Origin: Azolla caroliniana | Taxonomy: Eukaryota; Plantae; Polypodiophyta | Reading direction: 5' to 3' | DNA length: 64,000 nucleotides | NCBI GenBank assembly: GCA_043228905.1 | Contig: JBHGNT010000014.1 | Location: 11,222,001-11,286,000, forward strand | Part shown: piece after piece, positions 26,471 through 38,140 of the stretch | Numbering within the stretch: the stretch's first letter is position 1 | Layout of the letters: every line of letters begins with the position of its first letter | Position numbers and translations under genes: made by a program | Notes under the pieces: model-generated | What the model saw: only the letters and a program-made list of their open reading frames with translations | The model's database searches: none | What the model was told of the DNA's origin: nothing

Positions 26471-26929
26471 TGTTACCTGGCCGGCAAAGGAGCTAAGAAC
26501 GCCAAGACCAAGGTGTGAAAAGGGGAATTGTTATTTGGGAATCTGTTGTAATTACTAGTCTTAATATATTAATATATGAGAAGATGTGGACGGACGGACC
26601 GGAATCGGTATGCCGATCCGGATCCGGACCGATTCCGAATAGGTGCAGGTTGGCACCGTTTTGTACTTCACACCGGTGACCTATATAAAGGCCCGGTTAC
26701 AATGTAGTCATTAACAGAGAGTAATATAAACCTTTTGTTTAATCATTGAGTATTGTTCACCGTTCTGTGCTTATTGTATATCTTACGTGTGTTAATGACG
26801 TATTGCTAAGTAACCGATTAAGGTCCAATTAAGCGTTGTTTCGTAAGTTATCTCACCGTAACACCCTTTGGTGAAGTGTCTTAAGTGGACACCCTGTGTT
26901 AGGCTATTGTCCGGCCCTAAGGATTAACA
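26471..26929 (+). repeat. 3' LTR of B1
   Basis: Copy of 9947-10405, followed by TSD CATCT. Confidence 0.95.
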
Positions 26930-26934
26930 CATCT

Positions 26935-29138
26935 CTGTGTGCATCTGCTCCATGTTGCTTTTATTGGGGGTGTCAATCCATTCCTTGGTTGCTTGTCGGA
27001 CGTCATCTTGTACTTGCCATTGGATGGCTTGGGTTTTGCTTCGTGTAGTGACGTGTTGAACGTTGGTCATAATAATATTCACGGCCGAGGCCTTGCCACG
27101 GTCCGTGGTTGGGCATTGGGTATCGTAGTGGCCGGGTTGGTTACACTTAAAGAAGGTAACGGATGCCGAGTTGCTGGTGTCACCGTGCTCAGTGTGTGGG
27201 AAAGGTTGTCAGCGGTTCCCGGCCGCGCATTATGGGGAAGAGAGTTGTGCGGTACGTTTGGAGGAGGGTCCCGACGACGATTGTCGTTATGCGATCGATT
27301 ATTCCGTGAACCTCTATAAGAGTTTCTTCTATCGTTTCGTGAATACCACTGATCATATCGGTCATCCCAGTCGTCATCATACCGGTCATACTCATCGTTT
27401 ACTCTATATTGGTCCTCGTGGTATTCATCACGGCAGTCGTCCGATCTCTTGCGGTCGTCATCGCAGCAGTAGTCGTTGTCGTCGTGGCGGTAGTCATCGT
27501 CGCGACGCTGACAATCCGGGGATCGTGGTCGCTCGTTCTCCCGATGTTGGTATGACTGTCGTTCGTCCTGCCGTGAGTATGTATTTCGAGGCTCGATCTG
27601 GCGAACCGGAGTTTTGGTTGTGCGGTTGAGCATGTTGTATTCTCATTGTTCGATTGTGTGGGATCGGGACTGAGAGATTGGACAATGTGGCCGATGAGGG
27701 CACTCGAGAGCCAGATGGCCTAAGCCCGAGCAGGTTGTGCATTGGAGGGCTTATCAGTAACGGTTGTCCTCCTGAGGAAGGCTACTTTGCAAAGAGCCCA
27801 GGGAGAAAGTTGTATTATGTTGTGTCCAATCGATGGCAAGGACGTGTGCGATGACTTGCTCGATTGTCTAGTTAGAGACATTGGTAAGTGCGAGAGTCGT
27901 CCGTAGAGGCTCTTGTAGGCTGGAAAGGAAGGTATCCGGAATGTGATGAGCGGAGACATCGTCGGCCAGTTGTCGGTAGAGATCCTAAAACCGGATCGTG
28001 AACTGGGCGACCGTCTCGTGAGGTTCTTGGCTCATGGAAAAGAATTGTCGGAGCAGTTCCCGCTTCGGAACTGCGCGGTGAAATAATTCTAGAAACTTTG
28101 TTCGGACATCCTGGAACGTTGTGACCGCCCCCACGTCGAGGCGGGACTACCATCCCGCAGTCGGGCCATCGAGGGATAGAGCAAATTCCGCGATTTTGGA
28201 GGACTCGATTTCGGCAGCCGATAACCGTTGCGTCGAGTGGTTGGCCTCCCATGTGGACACGAAAGCACGTCGGGGCCGGGGCCATTTGTATATCGTGGGT
28301 AACGGTAAGGCATGGTATCGAGATCTGGGTCATCCGGTAAAGCCGGAAAAGGGTTAGGGTCGAGTTGGGTGACCTCTAGAGGGCTTGGCGGGGAGATCGG
28401 TGCGGAATCAACTCGCGACTAGGTATCCAGTGGCGAGGATTGCAACCGGTGAGCCTCCAATAGTTGTTGGAAAGATTGGTCCGTGACCGCCGAGTCGGAA
28501 GTTCCTTCGACTGGCTCAGGGCGTCGGGCAAGTGGCCGAGACCACGTGATGCGATTGGGCGCCGTAATGGCGGCTGAGGTTTGCCTCCTACGTAGTTTGC
28601 TGGGACCTTACAACTGTCCCACCGGGCGTGCCAAATTGTGTTAACCGTTTCTGGGGGAAACACCTTCGATGAGCCCACATACTATCAGTATCAAGGGGTC
28701 GTGTTACGTGGAAGCCTCTTCTACACCGAGAAGACATTATGGGAACGAGGAACGTACACGGGCTACAACCCGTTAGACATAGACGTAGCTCGGTTTACGA
28801 GTACGGGGAGAATACACAAATGAAGGAACAGTAAGAGCGAGATTTATATTAAATGAGACAGCTCACGGTGATTACAGTACACGGCTCTCGGCCGGAAACA
28901 GTTTGTGCAGAGCTCAGTACTACAATATTAATCTTGCTAAATAATCTAGGTATCTCCCCACTCGAGGTATGCAGATCTCGGTTTATATAGTTTTCTTCTT
29001 TAGACAAAGCCGAGCCATCGGCTGATTGTGAGGGCTAAAAACTCGACTTATTCTAGTTCTTCCTATTTCCTCACCTACTTTTCTACGTACCGGCGAGTTT
29101 ACATATTATGTATTTATATTTCTGGCCTATGGACAACA
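26935..29138 (-). mobile_element. 5' part of Gypsy element C (LTR 28639-29138, PBS 28616-28633, degenerate gag), inserted into D1 gag
   Basis: 18-nt PBS TGGCACGCCCGGTGGGAC; gag with zinc knuckles and an R/D/Y-rich tract; D1 gag ends at the LTR edge. Confidence 0.88.
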
Positions 29139-29848
29139 ATGAAGCCACGAAGATTCACCCTTGAGCCATTGAATTTGTCAGGTACATTGATGTTAGGTTC
29201 AAGGACATATGAATGGGAAGAGGAAGGGGTTGTGTTAGGTGCTAACAGAAGGTGAGGCTCAATGGGTGGAGGGTTGTTGGTTGTGTAATTTTGAAGCACC
29301 CATAATGATTGACGAAGGCTTTCATTTTCTAATTGAAGTTGTTCCAAGGATGTCATTACTTGGCTTAAGGCTGAGTCGGACATGGTAACAAGAAGGGAAC
29401 GTGAACAAACTGTCACGGATGGGTAGACCAAGACAAGGATAAGTAGGTGAGCTAAATATTAAGAGAGAGAGAAAGATAGATATATAGATAGAGAGAGAGC
29501 ATAGACAAGAGAACAAGAGAACAAGAGAGAGAGAAGGTAGACAAAAGAGCAAGAACTAAATTATGCTTCCGTAACTGGTGTTGTTCACCTTGATTGTAAT
29601 CAAGGTGCACAGAAGTATTTATACAAGAATGTGGTGGTATGCATGCAAGCTAGGAAACATCTAGAGAGCGCATGAAGATGCATTCTCTAGAAGTTTCTTG
29701 AAAGTTCTAGTGATTAACATACAATGTAATAAGTTGAAACTTATAGAATATAATGATGTATAGATGGATGTATTTCAATTGGTAAGGTTGCCTAATAAGA
29801 CCAAGAGGTCATGGGTTCAACCCCCTACATTCCATCGTGTCTATGACA
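29139..29848 (-). mobile_element. Tcn1-like chromovirus D1: 5' LTR 29411-29848 and gag start
   Basis: TGTCA...TGACA LTR similar to 53058-53508; gag MSDSALS...PDKFNGSRVNLRGFI. Confidence 0.85.
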
Positions 29849-31160
29849 GTTTCACCTTCTTTTCCATGGTCTTGTATTTCGTACACACCATTGCATCTTC
29901 TTTGAGGAGCACATCCAGCCCAGTTTCCGCAATGATCTCGTACATCTCGACTAATTCCACTGGGACTTCCTAATCTTCTTGCCTACTCTCTTCCACAAGC
30001 TCTTCAAGTCGTTGTAGTGTGCTTTCATAGAACACTTCTTCGAATACTCCCATGATTTCTTCGTCCTCTTCTATGATTGATGCAGACCATGGCTCATCCT
30101 GCATCTTCCCTAGTTCTTTCTTCATTTCTCCGGTCACGACCATGTACATAGATGCTCCATCCGGACTGATTCACACTTGTTTCGCTCTGAGAGCTTTCTT
30201 CTTGTGTGGGGTATCAGGGCTTCCTAGACTATCACTTCCCCACTCCGCAACAATCCTCTTTAAAAATCCATTTTTGTTTGGCACAAGAGCTCTCTCTTGT
30301 TCCTTTCGTGATTCGATGACACAGTTAGGAATTGGATGGTTTTCCCTCTGCTTTGGCTCCGAATCCATGCAAAAGATGCTCCAATATCTAGAACCTTTGT
30401 TTCCATCCGTGAAGCCGTGATAAAGGGTTTCCCGAGGATCATGAAATGTGAGACCTCATCTTGCAGAAGAAATTTTGGTCAATCTCCACATCTCCGATCT
30501 TCACCGTCACATCCAGACAAGCCGCAAATAGGTCTTTTGTTGCTTTAGTGGCTGCCTGGATCTTCCATCCATGATTGATGTTAATAGGTCACTTCCCCTT
30601 CTAGTAGAACTCCTTGGACATTAGATTGATCTCCGATCCATGATCAATGAATGCAACTACAGGGTCTTTGATGTTTCCAATTCGGACCGGAGTCTTCGTA
30701 GTTGCTCACCCAATGGGACTTTGTGTAGTGAGAGTTTGGAATCTCATCCGAGTCCACTTCCGTGTCATTCATTACGGTATTCACACTCACCCTTGGAGCA
30801 TTCGATTCTTCCATAGCTTGCCTCTTTCTCTTAACGAGGTCCATGAGGAGATCGTGGAACTCTTTCTTTGCTATTCCGAGCGATTTCCAGAGAGAAAATT
30901 TCACCCGACTACCAAGGATTCTCTCTTCGAACACCTTCTTTAGATCCATCTGTTGTTCGATATCCAACGTGAGTTTGAATGCTGGAATAGTTTTCCATTT
31001 TCCTTTTCCTTTGGCATTCTTGCTCTCTGGTGTCTTCGATGGTCCGACCACATCATCCGTGCGTTGTCGTTTCTCATCTACATAAACCTCATATAATTCG
31101 CATAGGGCGTAAACGCTATTCTTGTCTACGGGGCACTCCCATCCCGTAGCCTCTCGGATA
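29849..31160 (-). pseudogene. Gypsy family G fragment (gag C-terminus/protease region)
   Basis: REATGWECPVD, FKLTLDIEQ...KEFHDLL, ILGKPF and KYKTMEKKVK motifs; probably the same family as 53509-56628. Confidence 0.65.
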
Positions 31161-31164
31161 TACA

Positions 31165-32193
31165 TTCAACAGAAAGATATGTCCATGCCAGACTACACTG
31201 TCAAGATCAAGAGCACTTGTGACTCACTTAGCTCCATCAACATAAACATTGAAGAGGATGAAATAATGCAAGTGTGCTTGGGCGGCATGGTACAATGGTT
31301 CGATCCGATAAGGACGGAAATCTTGGCGAGAGAAAACCCTCCTTCAATCTTTGACCTTCAGTCAATGCTATTGGTTGAAGACAACCATGTTTGAACCAAG
31401 AGTAAGACGTCGGAAGGACAAATGTTCTACTCGAATTTAAATGGTGGCCAAGGAAAAGGTCGCGGCGGTAGAAGAGGTTGATTTGGCCCATCTCACGAAG
31501 GGAACTCAAACCTTCGACAAGAACACGAAAGCCATCAAGGAACCTTCGGAAGCCAAACAAGGTCAGCAAACCATGCCACTTACCTGCAACTATTATGGGA
31601 AGATCGGCCACCGCGAAGAGGAGTGCCAAAAGAAGAGAAGTGAGTCGGCTTCCACAAGCTGACAACTCACAAACTACGCCACCAACTCTGAATACGACGA
31701 CTATCGTGGATTGTTCATCATGCGACATGAGGCTAACTCTATGTTGACATCTGACTCCAACAACACCTTCAATTTGGAAGACGTGTGGTTCATAGAAAAG
31801 AATGACCGACTCATAGCTAGAGGAAGAAAAGAAAGTTGAAAGTTTATTCTTGATTTGGATGAGGTAAAATCGTCCATGTATCCCAAAGGTCTCAAAACTG
31901 AGACGAATATTGAGTTGTCCCACAAGAGAATTGGTCACGTCAACCTCCAACAACTTCGAGCGATGCAATCAAAGGGAGTCGTCATCGGACTTCCAACCTT
32001 TGAGTCGAAACGTGTCGATCGAGTGTGTGAAGCATGTCAACTCGGCAAACAACATCGACTCCCATTTCCAAAGGAGAGCAATGTAAGCAAATGCCTCCTT
32101 GACGTAATCCACTCAGATGTATGGGGACCGGCTCAAACACTGATGATCGGAGGATGCCATTACTACTTCACCTTCATCGATGACTACTTACAT
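31165..32193 (+). pseudogene. Ty1/Copia fragment (family I-like): gag, knuckle, GAG-pre-integrase, start of integrase
   Basis: CNYYGKIGHREEEC; HKRIGH...CEACQLGKQHR; HSDVWGP...FIDDY. Confidence 0.88.
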
Positions 32194-33240
32194 TGCTGGG
32201 AAACAAGGTCCCTCTGGATGGGAAGGAGAGCGTGAACTGGATGAGCAAGGTCCGAAGGAAAAGAGAGACCGGATCCGGATGCGGATCGGTGTCCGAATCC
32301 AATCCGGATAGGCATCCAGAAGAGGCCACATATGTAAATAGGTTTAGGCCAGATTTGTAAATCGCCCATGTTATATATACGTATAATTATTACTACGGCA
32401 AAATGTTAGAGATAAGGTTCATACTATTGTAACTGTGTAAGAGAGAGAGTGTGTGAGAGAGAGAGAGCATGATGTTGCATCTCTGTTGTAACCGTCATCA
32501 AGCGAAGAAAACGAGCTCGAGGTTGTTGCATGCGAGTCTCTCTGTATTTCCTCTTGCATAGTGGAAGAGTTCGGAGTTCGTGGACTCCCGTGGTTTTCCC
32601 CTATTAGGGTTTCCACATAAAACATCTTGTGTTACTGAACTTGTGTATATTGTGTCATGTTTTTCCGTTTGTTCAAATCTTTGCACCAGCATATGGTAGA
32701 GTATAAAGTGGTTGTGGCCGATTTCGATCTCCTCAAATTGGTATTAGAGCGATGGAAGACTCATTTGGCGGCATGTTCAAACTAACCGGCTCCAACTATT
32801 CAATGTGGAAGTCGAATATGTGGGACATGTTGGTGTGCAAAGATTTATGGTTTCCGGTGCAGTATAGTAAGACCAAACCGGACAAGATTGATGCATCGAC
32901 TTGGGAAGTCATGCACCTGAAGGTGGCAACATACACAAGATGTTTTATAGACATGAGTCTATACAACAACTTCAATGAAGAAAACAAGGCGGATTTCCTT
33001 TGGGAGAAGATTGACGTTATGTTCGAATTTCAAAACAAAAATGTCGTTAATAGAGTCTCAGTCTTCAAGAAGATAGTGAGACTCCGTAATCAAGATGGCT
33101 CCAACATGGCAGAGCATTTGAATTCCTTCTCGTGACTGATCAACCAAACCACCTCTTTAGAAGTGTCTCTTGTCGACAAGGTACTAACATTATTATTGTT
33201 GGGATCCCTTCCGAACAGTTGGGAGACACTCGTTGTCCAG
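32194..33240 (+). mobile_element. Ty1/Copia family H: 5' LTR 32194-32735, PBS 32739-32750, truncated gag from 32752
   Basis: TG...CA LTR; TGGTATTAGAGC; MEDSFGGMFKLTGSNYSMWK...LLGSLPNSWE. Confidence 0.87.
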
Positions 33241-33443
33241 AAAATAGCATCAACATTGCCCGTAAAACTTTCGTATTGACCACGTAATGTATGAATAAGC
33301 AGCAACCAGAATTCAGCAAATATACCATAAGCATTGATCGTGAGTGACATTGTCAAAACCTTATATCCATCGCGCCTTCCGAATCATCCACCTAAGAATA
33401 GATGAAATTGTTTTCGAAATAATATATTTCTCTTTCTAATAGT

Positions 33444-33990
33444 ATGTTATTTTGCCAACTATGGGTATTTCGAAAAAAGCCATTGTTGAACCGGCATTGG
33501 GATCCATCATATTATCTTTGGAAACATCCACATTCTTTGTCTCAAACTAAATGTATTCAGTTTTTTCAATATTTTGTGAAGTTGGGATGGAAGTTGCTCT
33601 TAAGTAAGAAATCGTGTCCACCATCTGCTATGAAAGTGTGGTTGGCAAATGGGACCTCTTTAATGGATGCATCGAAATATTGGAAGTGGTTATGGAGTAT
33701 GTGGATTCCCAAGAAGATCATACAGTTTCACTAGTTATTGATGCATTATGCATTACCGGTTCGGGCCTGGTTACGGCAAATACATTGTAAGTCGTGTGGA
33801 TTTGGATGTGGTTGTATGACAGAATCAATTAAGAATGTGTTGTGGTCTTGTCCTAAAATTAAGTATGGAAGAGAGTTTTAAGGCTCTTAGTATTGATACA
33901 TGCTAATTGTGTGATCGCTTTGGGTGTTGTTAGGTGGGGCATTTTAGAGGGATGATTGTTGTTGTATGAAAAGGAGGATATAGTGCAAGT
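33444..33990 (+). pseudogene. LINE (L1-like) ORF2 C-terminal zf-RVT remnant
   Basis: WKWLWSMWIPKKIIQFH*LLMHYALPVRAWL...C..C...ESIKNVLWSCP resembles the zf-RVT pattern; boundaries approximate. Confidence 0.7.
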
Positions 33991-35590
33991 CTTTCACATA
34001 GTTCCTCCTCATGTACAAATGGTTCAGCCTTTTCTGTTTGACAGGTTTCAAATTAGGCACAAGGCAAGCAGTTTGACAATGCTCAATTATCACTCTCACT
34101 TGACTCATAATCAATAACGAATACAACGATCCACACCCCTTGGGAATGATATTGGCATAGAGACACAACTTTGTTGTGCTCAATGAGTACACCTTGACCC
34201 AATACATAGCATTGGAGGTGAGGTGTTCGATAAAGATTCCTCAGTCAAAATGGCCATTATGTGGCTTCTAGAAAATTTCTAGGGGATGTAAGCTTAATGC
34301 CTTGCAATGTTTCCAATTTTGAGATCTACAATGGTGCAATATTGAGACTTGTGATGAGGATCCTTATGTTTTATATGATGTCCTTGTCATGTTAGACATC
34401 AAATATTTTCTCATACCTCATAGCTTGATGGCAATGTAGATTTTCAAAGGGATGTGATAGGACGCGATGCTCCCTCCATGGTGATTATTCCAATAACGAA
34501 GATGTCGTAGAATCTTTGGACATTGCAATCACTACATAGAGGACCTTTAATAATATTGTACATTAGAAAGCTATTGATCATATATGCAATTGATGAACTT
34601 TGGTTGTGTAGGCTCTTAGTCCTTAGGATGTAGTCTCTCAACGTTTTTCGTGGCTTTCTATTTTATTGAGAACAATTAGTCTGTTGGGTTCCAAGTAGCA
34701 TGTTGGAAAGAGAATTTTTGTAATGAACTCCTCATTAATTGGATTGCCTACACATTCACTGTTTAGAGATTCTACATCAATTCTAGGTTTCCATTTTGCA
34801 ACCCCGTAATGAAGGGATTCTCCTAGACTGTGTTGGTTAAGGTTTTGACTTTGTGAGGTTTAATGTCTAGAAATATCATGTCTTTAGTTTGTCAATTTTT
34901 ATGGGTATTGTGTGTGTAGAGTTTGAGGAACTTATACTCATGTTAAAGTCATAGTTGGAGTTATGTGTGTTTGGGTTTATTGTAACCTATTGGATGTGAC
35001 TCCTTAATGCTCTTATGTGTGCTTGTCTATTCCATTCTTGTATATTTCCTTAATAGTTAATGTTAAGTGATTAAGTGAGCTTAAGTTCATTTGTGTGCAT
35101 TTCGTTGTTAAGTTTAGGGCTTGATTTGCTCATTCTTTAGTGTTTTTTCATTGTCTTGGGAGCGGATTGACACCATCTCAAACTTGTCCCACCAACAATA
35201 GAGCATACGTTGTCCCAACTCCCATAGATCTTGGTCCAAGGATAGTTAGGTAATGCTAAGTAGAAATTTTTGTGGAAAGTCCTAGGTGAGTGTTAGGGAT
35301 GATTAATAAGGGCTAGTTTTAGGGGCAAGTGATAGAGGAGAGGAATGGTAGATGTGATTGTTGGGGGTGTGTTGGAGAAAAATACTAAAGGTGAGTGCAA
35401 GTTGAGGATGACTCTAGGGGTAAGTGCTAGGGATGACTCATGAGTATAACATTATTTCCCTAAACAAAGATAAATTTCAAGGACATTAATAAATGCAATT
35501 AAAAGAAATTGATGGGAATCATGGTCAAAGTAAGGAGAAAACAAATTATGTCAAAGCATTCTAAAACAATTGATTTGAATCCATAAACAC

Positions 35591-36912
35591 TGTCAGGAAC
35601 AATACTAAGACAGAGATGGAATTAGTACTAAAAGAAGTATTAGTACTAAGAGAGGTGAAGAACTCTCGAGAGAAGGAAAGAGTGAGTGAGAGGGAGAGAG
35701 AGAGATCGAGAGAGAGAGAGAGAGTGATGATAAGAAAAGATATATATTATGTGAAGAGAATGTACAATAGTACCTAGGAGGCTTAAGACTGGCGTTGAAC
35801 CGATTTGGTTCGAAATAATGCCTTGTGCCTCCTTTTATAGTGTTCTGAGGAATACTCCTGAAGTTTCTAGAATGTTCCAGAGAGAGAGAGTGATAGTAAG
35901 AAAAGATATATATTATGTGAAGAGAATGTACAATAGTACCTAGGAGGCTTAAGACTGGCGTTGAACCGATTTGGTTCGAAATAATGCCTTGTGCCTCCTT
36001 TTATAGTGTTCTGAGGAATACTCCTGAAGTTTCTAGAATGTTCCAGAGAGAGAGAGTGATGGTAAGAAAAGATATATATTATGTGAAGAGAATGTACAAT
36101 AGTACCTAGGAGGCTTAAGACTGGCGTTGAACCGATTTGGTTCGAAATAATGCCTTGTGCCTCCTTTTATAGTGTTCTGAGGAATACTCCTGAAGTTTCT
36201 AGAATGTTCCAGAGAAATCTAGAATATACATCAATTTTCTATAATAAAACATAAATGAAAATAATATTCTACGTATTACAATGTATGGTCTAATGGTCAA
36301 GAGCTCAACCCATGTAGCATAAGGTCATGGGTTTGAGTCTTGCCATATCATGACATTATCCCCCCTTTAAAACGACGAGTGTAACGAGTCGTTTTGGATT
36401 GAGGACCCGGTTTGTCTGGATATTGACAATGGAAGTCTTCAAGAAGAGCACGAGCATTGGTGACATTCTGTATCGGTTCCCAAGTACGCTCGCTGGGACT
36501 ATATCCTAGCCAATCGACTAGATAGTAGAGCTTGTTGCGAACAATCTTGGAATCAAGGATGGTGGCAACCTCGTACTCAGGTCCATCTTCAAGCTCGATC
36601 GGGGGTGGAGGCTGTGTAATACGTCCTGGGATGGTGCTCTCTTGATAGGGTTCGAGGAGAGAACTATGAAACACTAGATGTATCCGAAGTTGTGGAGGTA
36701 GATCGAGACGAAAAGCGACACCATTAATCTTTCCTATAATACGGAAAGGACCTAATCGCCGATAATCCAACTTCTCGCATGGGCGAGTAGTCTTGATGTG
36801 TCGTCGTAGTAGCCATACCCAATCTCCAATGTTAAAACTGGATGGGAGTCGATGACGATCCGCATAAACCTTGTTTGTTTGTTGAGCTTGTTGGAGATGA
36901 GTAGATAAATAT
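35591..36912 (-). mobile_element. 3' end of Tcn1-like chromovirus F: integrase C-terminus, chromodomain, PPT, 3' LTR 35591-36355
   Basis: KLDYRRLGPF, YEVATILDS...YLVDWLGY...TWEP; AAAGGGGGGATAA before TGTCA. Confidence 0.9.
35715..36212. repeat. Three tandem copies of a 166-bp unit inside the F LTR
   Basis: GTGAAGAGAATG recurs at 35751, 35917, 36083; units nearly identical. Confidence 0.93.
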
Positions 36913-38140
36913 GTGACGCCAAATTCTGCTATCTTAGAGCGTTCTTCTTCGTCCGGGGTCAATCGCTGGGACACATGGTTTGCTTCCCATGTATGTTCAA
37001 AGGCGTGAACATGAGCTTTCGCGTCCGGATCATCTCTATACTTGGAGTATTGGAACGGCATGTCTTCGTCCGGTATCGGTGCACGGGCTGGTGTGTTGGT
37101 GGTCGTTCCTAGTTTTTCTCCGGCGTCGGTGGTCGTTCCTGATTTGTCTCTGGCGTCAGTGGTCTTTCCTCTTCTTTTGGTGACGGAGGCCTCTCCTCCT
37201 CGACTTCTGGTGTCGAAGGTCGCTCTTCCTCTGCTTCTAGTTCCGGAGGTTCCAGCGTTAGCACTTCCGGTTCCGGTGTCGGTAAGGTGTCCGATCCTTC
37301 GTCCTCCGGTCCGCCCGGGGTGTCGTTGTTGCTACCGTAGTTCGTGTGCACGTTGTATCCCCCATCGGAATCCGATTCATACGCTGAAAAGGCTTCTGCT
37401 TCGCCTTCTCCGCTTGCCAACGCCTGTAGAAGGGATTCGGTTTCCCGGAGGCTGCTTAGGCTGCTGTCGTCGTCCGGGTGTGATGTTTGCTATAACCGGA
37501 GGGACTCCTCCGCTACTCTCCGCATTACGTTGGAAAACGAGCGATCCGCTCTAATTTCCTACGCCGCTTGCTGGAAAGCCTCACGTCTCCTTTGCCTTTC
37601 GGCAAGGCGTCGAGTTCGATCTATAACTAGGTCATGCGTTGATCTAGTCATCCATTCATGCCGTCGTTTGCTGCAAAAACAGGAATCGTGGTCGCCAAAA
37701 ACTGTGTTAACTCTTAGGGCCGGACAGTGGCCTAACACCGGGTGTCTACGGAAGACACTTCACCAAAGGGGTGTTACAGCAAGAGGATTAGGCTCAACGA
37801 TTAATCCGACCTAATTAGGTTACTTAACAAGATCGTCCTTAATAATCACATGCGTAAGATATAACAATGAATGCAGAACGGCAATTAACACAGAGAGATA
37901 AAAACCACTAAGCTTCATTAATTATCCGCTCTCCATTACATTGTATCCGGGCCTTTAAATAGGTGTCCGGTTTGTGGTACAAAACGGTGCCATCCGCACC
38001 TGTTCGGGATCGGTCCGGATCTGGAACGGCATACCAATTCCGGTCCGTCCGTCCACACTAATAGCTCACTTACAACCCTTTCTTAATAATTAAATAACTC
38101 CTTCGTTTCACACCCTGGACTCCTTTGCCGGCCGGTAACA
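36913..38140 (-). mobile_element. 5' fragment of family-B-related element B3 (LTR 37705-38140, PBS 37688-37697, gag start), inserted in B2 gag
   Basis: TGTTACCGG...TAACA; TTTTTGGCGACCAC; gag KYRDDPDA.AHVHAF. Confidence 0.9.

Larger units (their letters stand above)
9947..26929 (+). mobile_element. Full-length Ty3/Gypsy element B1 (degenerate), inserted in C and interrupted by E
   Basis: 459-bp LTRs 9947-10405 and 26471-26929; TSD CATCT at 9942-9946 and 26930-26934. Confidence 0.95.

Noticed and set aside
9947-26929. B1 being a minus-strand element with antisense genes
   Set aside because: LTR TATA, all ORFs and a sense PBS-like motif are on plus, and the other end has no minus-strand PPT; disfavoured but not formally excluded
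29764-29834. Functional tRNA gene
   Set aside because: No proper anticodon arm and an imperfect acceptor stem; reported only as a tRNA-like cassette
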